A stretch of 64,000 bases of DNA from an uncultured bacterium (GCA_937861125.1 CALMAY010000038.1:27942-91941), one strand, 5' to 3'; shown: positions 32,501 to 41,226, counted from the stretch's first letter. Program-made: numbers and translations. The notes: generated by a model from the sequence alone, not told the origin.

Positions 32501-34527
32501 TTGAATCAACCTCAGGGGTTCAGGTCGGTGGTTTGGTTGGGTATATTGGTGCATATACTGATATGGTCAATGTGTATGCGACAGGTGTCGCATCTGGTAC
32601 GACTGCTGTTGGAGGTCTTTATGGCGGTGGAGACGTTTCCACTGCAGCATTTTGGGATATTGAGACATCTGGTCTTTCTGCGGGGTGTGGATATGGATGT
32701 GACGACACTGCTGTAGGGACAAGCACTGAGCGTATGAAGACACAATCGATGTATACAGATGCTGGCTGGGATTTTGAAACAGTGTGGACATTTGAGGGGG
32801 CAAACATAGTAAATGATGGGTACCCAATTTTACAATTTCAAACAGTAGGAGAAGATACTGAAACATTGACTCCTGAATTACTTTCACCGGAGGATGGTTC
32901 TTCTCACGATGTAGATGCAGAGATGGATATCACTTTTGTGCTTCCTGAGACACCGTTGTCAAATAGTATTACTATTGCATTCTTACCAGAAGTGGGTGAT
33001 CCAATAGTGCTACAGTTGCGTGATGCTGCGCCTGAGGTGGAAAACACCTTTACGATTATACCAAATCAGAATCTTTCTTTGGTTGAAGAGGTGCTTTCTG
33101 CTTCGACAAGCACTATTCCAACTGGTACATATACAATATTACTCGCATACCAAGATGTATTTGGAAACCCTGTTGCTACTGATAGTGTTTCAGAAGTGTT
33201 ATTATACGAATTTCCTGAGTTAGTTATGGGTGAGACAACTGGTATCGGACAGACACAGGCGACGTTGAATGCAAGTGTTGTCGATGGTTCTGTGGAATTG
33301 TTTAGTGAGTATGCATTGTATGGATTTATCGTGAGTGAAAATTCAGATCCAACAGTTGAAAATGCGGTTGCAATACCTGGTCCTGTCGTTATCGAAGAGT
33401 TGGGTTCATATGAATGGATTTTTGGGGATGACGATGGTGAGGTGCTTGAGTGTGGTACGACGTACTATGTGCGTGCACTCGGAGTGTTGATGTATGGTGA
33501 AACTCTCTTGACGAGTGAAAATGTAGATTCGTTTACAACACTTGATTGTGATGAAGAAGAAGGAGAAGAAGAGCCACGTCCTCGTTCTGGTGGTGGGTCT
33601 TCTGTCTCTATTTCTCGTCCTCGTCCAACAGACAACACGACAGCAACTACTGGGGCACTCGTTATCAATAATGGTGATGAGACTACAACAAGTAGAACTG
33701 TTTCTTTGAAAATTAATGCAACAAATGCAGTAGAGATGGCAATCAGTAATAGTCCGCTATTTAGCGATAGTACGTATATCCCATTTACTTCTTCTGCAAA
33801 GCATACACTTAGTGCTGGTGAGGGGCAAAAAACAGTGTATGTAAAGCTTCGTTCTGCTACCGGTGGTACTCTTCTGGTTTTAGATTCGATTCAGTTGTCT
33901 AATGTGGTGAATAAAAAACCATCTGACATTGTTCCTTTAGTACTAACCACCCCAATCCCACAAAACGGCCTCCAATGCACTACTAACCTTGTTCTCACTA
34001 CTCCAGTCAAACTCGGAGCCCCCAACAATCCAAACGACGTCAAACTCCTCGAGCAGTTCCTCAATACCTATGAAGGCACTAACCTCCCAGTCAATGGAAT
34101 ATATGAAACAGCAGACTTCAACGCAGTAGTGAAGTGGCAAGAGAAATATGCCTCTGACATCCTCACTCCATGGGGACTCACCAAAGGCTCAGGATATGTC
34201 TACACCACATCTTTGAAAAAAATCAAAGAGATCCACGAAAAGAACTGTGCAACAGCAGGAACGACACCAGTGCAACCAACCACACCAGTATCAGCAAGTT
34301 GTCTCAACACACAAACAACCCTGACACAAGGTATGACAGGAGCACTCGTTACCACCGCACAAACACTCCTCCAAAAACTCAACTACTTCACTGTCACACC
34401 AACCGGCTTCTTTGGCCCAGTCACCACCGCCTCAGTCAAAGCCTTCCAAAGTGCAAACGGCATTGACCCTGTCGGCTACATCGGACCAGCAACCAGAGCC
34501 AAGCTTAATGAGTTGGGGTGTCGGTAG
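29560..34527 (+). CDS. giant (1655 aa) cell-surface protein: signal anchor, tens of GLUG-type repeats, Ig-like spacer region, two C-terminal peptidoglycan-binding domains
   Basis: N-terminal TM helix. Two modules GxG(T)xxDPY.I..C.QL.......AH..LG.DI.C. Recurring N.GGLVG...S.I.N.YA.G.V motifs ending in YWD/FWDIETSG. C-terminus GMTGALVTTAQTLLQKL..G.FGP.T...VKAFQ..NGI.P.G..GP.T is PG_binding_1-like. Confidence 0.75.
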   Translation: MYTPFSWLTGVNPRHILRSTLVVLSFFIVTGAVLYAYQQVFAFSGSGSGTAEDPYIIMTCEQLAEVDNDLAAHYRLGDYIGCGAENFPLARVMDGSDLDAGFGGFTGVFDGDGYTISYQKNVPAEIDDQNYLGLFGYLNGATIRDLHIVAGWEQGPGGTDVLYGGSFVGSLAGKAVNTLIINVSASNNIQSANTTGGLVGQMNNSRIVGGSFEGSIDATSQSGGLVGEVSGNYEGDLPAIEQSYTFGSFTAGWGVGNVGGLVGYMTTAEILNSYSQMDVNAYNNVGGLVGNAIGSSIVNAYASGSVTGNNTVGGLVGRVFSSGSSIENAFAAGIITGSSYIGGVVGGVGDFGGDNPSFLSTTNTYWDATMTGMSECSGLAEETWAGCTMITPGDPTTYWKLGGVEPMLTWNTTDIWNLDSMSNYPWLFAYTEPTFASGTGVEGDPYVITNCTQLQLMNTVLDAHFVLGSDIDCLETEGWNENTAEWVDGVVDGELIPDSYNDIPGVYGAVSNNGYYGFEPIGSDGDPFTGVFDGDGYTINDLWIFRKEQDNVGLFGYTAGATIEDFDLVAADIVGESNVGGVVGTMEDTSISDVTIFDSHVRAYLSYYGGGIAGIMMENTGTSTISYVTMSGGGVHGSGNIIGGLIGKMYDGILTYANSSASVDGGFSIGGAIGEMSTGSVSYVDITGSVHSDRTEGEFIAKSGENTGGFVGYMYEGTITSSTASGDVECEGGKCGGFIGYAASGNALITNSSASGDVTVVDGFSPSYIGGFAGYVENSGYNWEDPYVYGVEWVNLSAAGSVFATSSDSVGGFAGRVYGYDLSSVSSTGGVVIGDSYVGGFVGEIFNSSVSSSTASSTVTGMDNYIGGFAGYSGCQSRFTRSQAFGDVFGAAAVGGFSGADGCEGYGSTFTEVYTTGDVVASVVAAGGLIGEAYLTTVERSYALGNVTATGDNVGGLIGQMIGYDGYEHSSVTDSYARGNVESTSGVQVGGLVGYIGAYTDMVNVYATGVASGTTAVGGLYGGGDVSTAAFWDIETSGLSAGCGYGCDDTAVGTSTERMKTQSMYTDAGWDFETVWTFEGANIVNDGYPILQFQTVGEDTETLTPELLSPEDGSSHDVDAEMDITFVLPETPLSNSITIAFLPEVGDPIVLQLRDAAPEVENTFTIIPNQNLSLVEEVLSASTSTIPTGTYTILLAYQDVFGNPVATDSVSEVLLYEFPELVMGETTGIGQTQATLNASVVDGSVELFSEYALYGFIVSENSDPTVENAVAIPGPVVIEELGSYEWIFGDDDGEVLECGTTYYVRALGVLMYGETLLTSENVDSFTTLDCDEEEGEEEPRPRSGGGSSVSISRPRPTDNTTATTGALVINNGDETTTSRTVSLKINATNAVEMAISNSPLFSDSTYIPFTSSAKHTLSAGEGQKTVYVKLRSATGGTLLVLDSIQLSNVVNKKPSDIVPLVLTTPIPQNGLQCTTNLVLTTPVKLGAPNNPNDVKLLEQFLNTYEGTNLPVNGIYETADFNAVVKWQEKYASDILTPWGLTKGSGYVYTTSLKKIKEIHEKNCATAGTTPVQPTTPVSASCLNTQTTLTQGMTGALVTTAQTLLQKLNYFTVTPTGFFGPVTTASVKAFQSANGIDPVGYIGPATRAKLNELGCR

Positions 34528-34547
34528 AAATGTTTTTGATAAAATAC

Positions 34548-34573
34548 AAAAACAGCCTTGAAAAGCTGTTTTT
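34548..34573. terminator. bidirectional terminator
   Basis: AAAAACAGC-cttgaaaa-GCTGTTTTT lies between convergent genes. Confidence 0.75.
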
Positions 34574-34580
34574 GTTTTTA

Positions 34581-36377
34581 TTATATACGTCCATATTTTG
34601 CTTCCAAATCACCGAGCTTTTCTTGCACTCCAAACCATTGTGACTCTTTTTCTTTGAGGAGGAGCTCTACTATCTGGAGTTGCTTTGTTTTTTCAATTGA
34701 GTACTTACCGGGATGTTTGAGAAACCATTTATGAATACTATGTTGTTCTTTTTCTAGGTCAGCAACTTCTTCTTCAATATCACGTAACAACTTTTTCTGT
34801 TCTTTAATCTCCTCCTTGAGTCGTGGGCGTTCATCATCTGATGCGAGAGCTGGAATTGTTTTTTCTGGAATAGCTGGTCGTCGATTGCGACCGATGATAT
34901 CACCGAGGTGATAGACATACTCCTCGTATGAGTGGTGATAGCGTTTTACAGATCCATCATTTACCTCAATGATACCTGTGGCTATTTTTTCTACAAAGGC
35001 ACGATTGTGACTGATGAGTAATATGGTACGATTGGTTTCGTGAAGTGCTTGGGCGAGCGACTCTACTGTTTCAAAATCAAGATGGTTGGTCGGTTCATCC
35101 AGTAGTAGAACCTGATCTTTTCCAAGCATTAACCCAGCGAGACACAGGCGTGCTCTCTCACCTCCACTAAGTACTGACAAGGGTTTTTCGATGTCTCCTG
35201 CACGGAACAAAAAATTTCCAGCAATTTCAAGTACATCTTGTGTGCTTCGATGAATACTTCCGGCTCGTTCGAGATATCCAAGGACTGTATCAAACGGATT
35301 GAGCTGATCAGTCATGTGCTGAGCATAGTAGCCAATAGAAACAGTTGGGTGCCATGTGGCGGTGCCAGAGAGTGGGAGGAGGTCTTTGGCGAGTGTACGT
35401 AGGAGTGTTGTTTTGCCTTGTCCGTTGTCTCCGACAATGGCGACATGTTCACCGCGGTGGATTTCAAACGTGATATCACTTGCCACAGGTGACTCTTTGG
35501 TATATCCCATACTGAGTTCTTCTGTTCGCAGTACAATTCCTTTTTTATTTTCACAATTTGGGACGTGTATACGGGTGGTGTGTAGTGGTGCTTCGATTTC
35601 AATTGTTTTGAGTTTTTCAAGATATTTCATCTTTGATTGTGCTTGTGTTGCTTTGCTTGCTTTGGCACGGAAACGGTCGATAAATTCTTGGACATGAGCA
35701 CGTTCTTTCTCAACTTTTTTATTATATTTTTTTTGCATTTCAAGTTGCGCTTTTTTGTATTCTAGATATGCATCAATTTGTCCGGGGTATGAATACGCTC
35801 TACCACGCTCAATATCAAGTGTCTCGGTACAGACATCACGCAAGAATGCGCGATCGTGTGAGATGAGGAGAAAGCTGCCAGTGTATTGTTTCAAAAAATC
35901 TCCTAAAAGCAAGATAGTAGAGAGGTCGAGAAAGTTTGTTGGCTCGTCGAGTAAGAGGACGTTGGGATCTTGGAGCAGCATGCCAACAAGTTTGATACGC
36001 ATACGATACCCCCCAGAGAGGTTTTTGAGTTGGGAGTTGAGATGTGTTTCGTTCAGTTCAAATTTATGTGCGAGTTTGGCCGCCTGCCATGATTCTTTTT
36101 TAGATGTGCGTATTAGATAGGAGAGGGCTGTTTCACTCAGATCCATGTCGTCGTGCTGTGCGATGTGTCCGAGTCGAGCACTGTTGTGAAGTTGTACTGT
36201 CCCGCTATCAGCTTCTTCTTGTCCGAGAATGATGCGAAAGAGGGTTGATTTTCCTGCACCATTTCTCCCGATTACACCGATTTTCTGACGTTCAGAGACG
36301 GTAAAGGTCGCTCCCATGAGGATAGGGCGTTCGCCATAGCTTTTTTGAATGTCATTGACGGCGAGAAGAAGTGCCAT
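34581..36377 (-). CDS. ABC-F family ATPase (two ABC domains, no TM)
   Basis: Start trimmed to MALLLAVNDIQKSYG. Walker A GRNGAGKST and GDNGQGKTT; signatures LSGGYRMR and LSGGERAR; C-terminal coiled coil. Confidence 0.85.
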   Translation of the reverse strand: MALLLAVNDIQKSYGERPILMGATFTVSERQKIGVIGRNGAGKSTLFRIILGQEEADSGTVQLHNSARLGHIAQHDDMDLSETALSYLIRTSKKESWQAAKLAHKFELNETHLNSQLKNLSGGYRMRIKLVGMLLQDPNVLLLDEPTNFLDLSTILLLGDFLKQYTGSFLLISHDRAFLRDVCTETLDIERGRAYSYPGQIDAYLEYKKAQLEMQKKYNKKVEKERAHVQEFIDRFRAKASKATQAQSKMKYLEKLKTIEIEAPLHTTRIHVPNCENKKGIVLRTEELSMGYTKESPVASDITFEIHRGEHVAIVGDNGQGKTTLLRTLAKDLLPLSGTATWHPTVSIGYYAQHMTDQLNPFDTVLGYLERAGSIHRSTQDVLEIAGNFLFRAGDIEKPLSVLSGGERARLCLAGLMLGKDQVLLLDEPTNHLDFETVESLAQALHETNRTILLISHNRAFVEKIATGIIEVNDGSVKRYHHSYEEYVYHLGDIIGRNRRPAIPEKTIPALASDDERPRLKEEIKEQKKLLRDIEEEVADLEKEQHSIHKWFLKHPGKYSIEKTKQLQIVELLLKEKESQWFGVQEKLGDLEAKYGRI

Positions 36378-36426
36378 ATTTTTGCCTATATTAACAGAAA
36401 AAGAGTGTTTCGTAAAGATTACTATG

Positions 36427-36435
36427 TTATCCACA
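36427..36435 (+). promoter_or_regulatory. perfect DnaA-box consensus TTATCCACA
   Basis: Exact 9-mer in the divergent intergenic region between the ABC-F gene and the 36504 ORF. Confidence 0.4.
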
Positions 36436-36503
36436 GGGGGGTACGAAGAGCTGGTTTTGTGTGGTATACTATATACATATTTATTTATCTATATTTTTTA
36501 TAT

Positions 36504-36941
36504 ATGAAACAGTTTGCATGTTTATTCTTGCTTGGCGGTGTATTGTTAGCTTCACCTGCACTTGCGGTTGATGAAACATCGTCCTCTACAACACCAGTAA
36601 CTGAAACAGCATCTGGTTTGGAATGTATTCAAGATGCAATTGAAACAAGAGATACTGCACTTATTGATGCATTGAGTTCATATCACGCTGCTGCAAAAAC
36701 AGCATTAGAGACACGTATCGCTGAATTAAAATCTGCGTGGGAGCAACCAAAAGGGACATATCGTAAAGCTGATATTAAAGATGTGTGGACTGAGTATCGA
36801 ATAGATCTTCGAAATGCACGAAAAGAGTTTAAATTAGATAAAAAAGTAGCGTGGGATGTATTTAAAAAGGCTAAAGCTGCATGTAAGGGTGTGCAGGTTT
36901 CGGATGATACTGGCAATTCAGCCGCAGATACAACATTATAA
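36504..36941 (+). CDS. secreted helical protein, hypothetical
   Basis: Start trimmed to MKQFACLFLLGGVLLASPALA (signal peptide). No motif recognised. Confidence 0.5.
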   Translation: MKQFACLFLLGGVLLASPALAVDETSSSTTPVTETASGLECIQDAIETRDTALIDALSSYHAAAKTALETRIAELKSAWEQPKGTYRKADIKDVWTEYRIDLRNARKEFKLDKKVAWDVFKKAKAACKGVQVSDDTGNSAADTTL

Positions 36942-37023
36942 TATTTGTACTAAAAGACATCCCTGTAATTCTGGGATGTCTTTTAATTTTATGGTATACT
37001 ATCTGTACTATTGTCCATGTATT

Positions 37024-38379
37024 ATGTCACAAAAAAAAGCATATATTGTTGCAGTCGATATGGGGTACGGTCATCAGCGTGCTGTTCATCCGTTGTTTGA
37101 CATCTCTCGTGCTCCAAAAGGATGGGATCATGATTCTGCGATGATTATCTGTGCAAATAAATATCCAGGTATACCTGAGATTGATTTTAAACGATGGAAT
37201 GGAAGCCAGGGGGTGTATGAATTGATTTCACGCATGAAACGTCTGCCAATTGTTGGTGATTGGATTTTTGGTGCTATGGATTATTTTCAGCGGATTGAGG
37301 TGTTTTATCCCAAACGTGATCTGAGTAAGCCAACTATACAGTTGAGTCAGATTTATAACATGATCAAAAAAGGGTGGGGAAGACACTTGATTGATGAGCT
37401 GAATCGTGACCCACTTCCACTTATTACCTCTTTTTTTATCCCAGCATTTTTTGCGGAAGAGCATGGGTACAAGGGTGAGATATATTGTCTGTGTACCGAT
37501 ACGGATGTTTCTCGTGCTTGGGCACCGCTGCATCCGCAAAAGAGTCGTATCACTTATTTAGCTCCAAATAAGCGTGTTCGAGAACGTCTCAAGCTTTATG
37601 GTGTACGTCCAGAAAAGATTTTTATTACAGGCTTTCCGTTGCCAAAAGAAAATATTGGTTCACCTGATACTGTTAAAACACTCAAGACATCACTTGGGTG
37701 CCGTATAGGCAATCTCGATCCACATGGTCGGTACCAAAAGAAATACCAGCAAATGCTTCAGTTTTACCTTGGTTCGCCATTTTGTGATTTGCGGGCCAAG
37801 CATCCGTTTACTATTACCTTTGCAGTAGGAGGTGCGGGGGCACAGCGAGAAGTGGGAATCGAGATTTTGCAAAGTTTGCGGACGCACATTGATGCTGGTG
37901 CTGTGAGGCTTAATCTTGTTGCCGGATCTCGCGCTGATGTGTTTAGTTTTTATGAAGCAGAAATTAAACGTTTGGGCTTGGATCATCGTCATGATCAAAC
38001 AGTTCGTATTATTTATGATGAAGATAAGTTCCGTTATTTTCAAAAATTTGATGAAGCATTACTCACCACAGACGTGCTGTGGACCAAACCAAGTGAATTG
38101 TCATTTTACGCTGGGCTAGGACTTCCGATCATTATTGCCCCAACGATCGGTTCTCAAGAAGAGTATAATAAAGCTTGGTTACACGCAATTGGTGCTGGGT
38201 TTGAGCAAAACGATTCACGATATACTCATGAGTGGTTATTTGATTGGCTAGAGAGCGGTTGGCTCGCAGAGGCTGCGATGAGTGGATTTTTACATGCACC
38301 GAGAAATGGGGCGTATCATATTGCGGATATTGTACTCAACGGCAAGAAGAGTGAAATTGAAGATGTGCATTTGTTGTAG
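37024..38379 (+). CDS. putative GT-B glycosyltransferase (MGDG-synthase/UgtP/MurG-like N-terminus), tentative
   Basis: Start trimmed to MSQKKAYIVAVDMGYGHQRA (G.GH motif). The remainder is unrecognised. Confidence 0.35.
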   Translation: MSQKKAYIVAVDMGYGHQRAVHPLFDISRAPKGWDHDSAMIICANKYPGIPEIDFKRWNGSQGVYELISRMKRLPIVGDWIFGAMDYFQRIEVFYPKRDLSKPTIQLSQIYNMIKKGWGRHLIDELNRDPLPLITSFFIPAFFAEEHGYKGEIYCLCTDTDVSRAWAPLHPQKSRITYLAPNKRVRERLKLYGVRPEKIFITGFPLPKENIGSPDTVKTLKTSLGCRIGNLDPHGRYQKKYQQMLQFYLGSPFCDLRAKHPFTITFAVGGAGAQREVGIEILQSLRTHIDAGAVRLNLVAGSRADVFSFYEAEIKRLGLDHRHDQTVRIIYDEDKFRYFQKFDEALLTTDVLWTKPSELSFYAGLGLPIIIAPTIGSQEEYNKAWLHAIGAGFEQNDSRYTHEWLFDWLESGWLAEAAMSGFLHAPRNGAYHIADIVLNGKKSEIEDVHLL

Positions 38380-38381
38380 AT

Positions 38382-39131
38382 ATGACTTCTTTCGCACTTA
38401 TTCCATTTGCATTTCTCTCTGGTATCCTCATGTTTTTGGCACCTTGTTCATTACCACTTGTTCCAGGGTATTTGGCATTTTTGTCTGGCAATACTGATTT
38501 GCGTATGTGGAATGAACGGACTGTTCGATGGCGGATGGTGCGTCAAGCATGTTTTGTCTCGCTTGGATTTGGTGGTGTATTTATTTTTTTGGGTGTTTTG
38601 TTTGGGCTTGGTGGTGTCGTATTATTGCCATATCGAGAGGTGCTGAGTCGCGTTGGTGGTGTACTAATTATGTTGTTTGGTCTTGCACTGCTGGGAGTGT
38701 TTTCTCTGCCATCATTTTCTTTTGTTTCACGTCTAGTTGCATACAAACAGATACATCCAAACACACCAGGTGCTGCTATATTATTTGGAGGTATTTTGGC
38801 GCTCGGATGGTCGCCATGTGTCGGGCCTATTTTGGGGACTATTTTGTTGCTGGCTGCATCTAGCGCAACGGTTGTTTCTGGCGGCTTCCTTTTGGCTGTT
38901 TTTTCTCTTGGGTTTAGTGTGCCGTTTATTCTCACTGCATTTGGCGCTGGGCATATATCACAATGGTTACAGAGATTCAGCAGTGTACAGAGGGTGCTTA
39001 CGGTTATCGGTGGCATGAGTTTGATCGTCATGGGGTATCTCATGGCTACGAACATGATGGGAGTGTGGAATGGTTTTTTTTATGGATTGTTTGATTTTAT
39101 GTCGTACGATTCATTATTACGTTTTTATTAG
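38382..39131 (+). CDS. ccdA: cytochrome c biogenesis/thiol-disulfide electron transporter CcdA (DsbD-core family)
   Basis: FLAPCSLPLVPGYLAFLSG and GWSPCVGPILGTIL paired Cys motifs; six TM helices. Confidence 0.75.
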   Translation: MTSFALIPFAFLSGILMFLAPCSLPLVPGYLAFLSGNTDLRMWNERTVRWRMVRQACFVSLGFGGVFIFLGVLFGLGGVVLLPYREVLSRVGGVLIMLFGLALLGVFSLPSFSFVSRLVAYKQIHPNTPGAAILFGGILALGWSPCVGPILGTILLLAASSATVVSGGFLLAVFSLGFSVPFILTAFGAGHISQWLQRFSSVQRVLTVIGGMSLIVMGYLMATNMMGVWNGFFYGLFDFMSYDSLLRFY

Positions 39132-39134
39132 TCT

Positions 39135-40070
39135 ATGCATTGGTTTCTTCTTTCATTGGTTGGATATGTCTGTCTTGCGCTTGTCTTTATTCTCGATAAG
39201 CTTATCTTGACCAAGTCGGTCGAGAAGCCAGTGGTCTATACATTTTACTCAACCATTTTCTTGGCGGTTGTATTATGTGCACTACCGTTTGGTGGAGAAT
39301 TATTACATACACCATTTGATTGGGGGGTTGCAACGCTCTCTGGTCTTGGGTTTGGGTTTGGGTTGTGGGCGATGTTTCTCGCGCTGCATTATGGAGAGAC
39401 GAGTCATATTTCTCCGTTCATTGGTGCGATGGTGACTGTCTCTACCTTTGTACTCTCTGCATTGTGGCTCGGAGAATCGCTCACTGATGTCCAAAAAATT
39501 GGTGTAGTGATTTTAGTGTTTGCTTCACTTCTGCTCTCATTTGAAAAAAGTAAACAACACAGTGGATTCCATGTTGGATTTTTGTGGGCGATACTTGCTG
39601 GCGTCTGTTTTGGTATCTCTCATGTAGCAGCCAAATATATCTATGACCTCTATCCGTTTTTGACTGGTTTTATCTGGACACGTGCGACGATTGCCCTAGT
39701 GGGTGTCATTACATTGTTTGTCCCAAGTGTCTGGAAGTCTTTGTTTGGTAAAAAGACAGCTGTGAGTAAAAAAGTAAGTGTTGAAAGTCAAAAAACATTT
39801 GGTCATCGCCATGCATTTGCAATCGTCTTAAGCAATAAGGTGTTGGGTGTTTTGGGCGTAGTGCTCATTCAAGCTGCTATCTCTTCTGGGAGCGTGACAC
39901 TTGTCAATGCATTGAGCGGTATGCAGTATGTATTGATGTTTGTACTTGTCTTTATCTCTAGTAAAATAAGTCCGCAAGTATTTAAAGAATATTTTACAAA
40001 ACGTGAAATCATTGTTCAGACAATTGCTATTTTGCTCGTTTGCCTTGGCTCTGTATGTTTCGTTCTCTAG
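39135..40070 (+). CDS. EamA/DMT-family transporter
   Basis: About 10 hydrophobic segments in two halves. Weak recognition. Confidence 0.5.
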   Translation: MHWFLLSLVGYVCLALVFILDKLILTKSVEKPVVYTFYSTIFLAVVLCALPFGGELLHTPFDWGVATLSGLGFGFGLWAMFLALHYGETSHISPFIGAMVTVSTFVLSALWLGESLTDVQKIGVVILVFASLLLSFEKSKQHSGFHVGFLWAILAGVCFGISHVAAKYIYDLYPFLTGFIWTRATIALVGVITLFVPSVWKSLFGKKTAVSKKVSVESQKTFGHRHAFAIVLSNKVLGVLGVVLIQAAISSGSVTLVNALSGMQYVLMFVLVFISSKISPQVFKEYFTKREIIVQTIAILLVCLGSVCFVL

Positions 40071-41065
40071 TTCGTCATATTTTTCATTTTATACTTTTTT
40101 TTGTTGGTACTATTAGTATTGTATATGGTATTTCTTGGTTGTTGTCACAAAAAAATTTTCAGCCAGAGTATGGTATCAGCTTCAATCATGAGCATGCATT
40201 ACATCTGGAACTTGATTGGAAATTGGTATATGGAGATATCCTCACTGACTTGCAGCCAAAATATATTCGTCTTGCGGCTATGTGGGATGAGGTAGAACCT
40301 CAAAAAGGAGAATGGTTTTTTGAACATGTTGATTTTATGCTTGATGCAGCAGCGGCAAACAATACCAAAGTATTGCTGGTGGTAGGGCAAAAAGCACCAC
40401 GGTGGCCAGAATGTCACATTCCACAGTGGGCTGAAGACGTATCTGTTCATGATAGGCGTGAGCAGGTGATGTCATATGTGAGTACTGTGGTAGAGCGATA
40501 CAAGGATCATCCTGCGCTTGAATATTGGCAGATAGAAAATGAGCCGTACATTCCGTTTACTTTTGGAGAGTGTGCAGCATTTGATCAAACTATCGTCGAA
40601 GCAGAGGTTTCGTTGGTCAAACAAATTGATCCGAATCATCCTGTGGTACTCACAGACAGTGGTGAAATGTCTATATGGTATCCAGCTGCTGTTGGCGGAG
40701 ATGTATTTGGGACGACACTTTATCGTATTGTACGTACTCCATCTGGGCGTATTTGGAATTATGATTGGATGCCACCAGGATTTTATCGTCTCAAGTCTGA
40801 GTTGTTTGGGCTATCACCTGAGACTTTTTTTGTTGCCGAATTGCAGGCTGAGCCATGGTTTACGGGAGATGGACCAAACGGTACTTCACTTGAAAGCCAG
40901 CAGGAGACAATGACTCCAGAACGTATGGCCCAACATATCGCATATGCGGACCATGTAGGTGCGTCTCGGGTGTATTTGTGGGGAGCAGAGTGGTGGTACT
41001 GGATGAGGGAGAGACACAATAATAGTTCGTTTTGGGATATAGCCAGAGATATATTGACAAGATAA
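40055..41065 (+). CDS. membrane-anchored clan GH-A glycoside hydrolase-like protein
   Basis: N-terminal TM helix. YWQIENEP (NEP acid/base motif) and FVAELQAEPW (candidate nucleophile Glu). Start uncertain (40040 or 40055). Confidence 0.4.
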   Translation: MFRSLVRHIFHFILFFVGTISIVYGISWLLSQKNFQPEYGISFNHEHALHLELDWKLVYGDILTDLQPKYIRLAAMWDEVEPQKGEWFFEHVDFMLDAAAANNTKVLLVVGQKAPRWPECHIPQWAEDVSVHDRREQVMSYVSTVVERYKDHPALEYWQIENEPYIPFTFGECAAFDQTIVEAEVSLVKQIDPNHPVVLTDSGEMSIWYPAAVGGDVFGTTLYRIVRTPSGRIWNYDWMPPGFYRLKSELFGLSPETFFVAELQAEPWFTGDGPNGTSLESQQETMTPERMAQHIAYADHVGASRVYLWGAEWWYWMRERHNNSSFWDIARDILTR

Positions 41066-41082
41066 AAAAAATGGGATACACT
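41054..41082 (+). promoter_or_regulatory. promoter TTGACA-N17-TACACT for tRNA-Val
   Basis: -35 at 41054-41059 (inside the end of the preceding CDS) and -10 at 41077-41082. Confidence 0.55.
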
Positions 41083-41095
41083 ATTCCCATTCGAT

Positions 41096-41169
41096 GCGCG
41101 CCTAGCTCAGTTGGTTAGAGCATCTCGTTTACACCGAGAGGGTCAGGGGTTCGAATCCCTTGGCGCGCA
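41096..41169 (+). tRNA. tRNA-Val (anticodon UAC), no encoded CCA
   Basis: Acceptor GCGCGCC/GGCGCGC, anticodon arm TCTCG-TTTACAC-CGAGA, T arm AGGGG-TTCGAAT-CCCTT. Confidence 0.9.
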
Positions 41170-41174
41170 CAGGT

Positions 41175-41203
41175 AAACACACTCATCTTTGGTGAGTGTG
41201 TTT
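41175..41203 (+). terminator. terminator after tRNA-Val
   Basis: AAACACACTCA-tctttgg-TGAGTGTGTTT. Confidence 0.7.
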
Positions 41204-41226
41204 ATATTGTGGTATAATATTTGTAT

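Noticed and set aside
33943-34466. ORFs 33943..34140 (-), 34200..34382 (-) and 34170..34466 (+) within the end of the giant gene
   Set aside because: They are by-products of the G-poor, C-rich composition, which yields few stop codons in other frames. The main frame encodes recognisable peptidoglycan-binding domains.
38543-39055. 170-aa ORF antisense to ccdA (and similarly 42657..43190 antisense to uppP, 4971..5366 antisense to rplL, 25655..26164 antisense to the ABC permease)
   Set aside because: These are typical shadow ORFs opposite conserved genes, with no independent signals.
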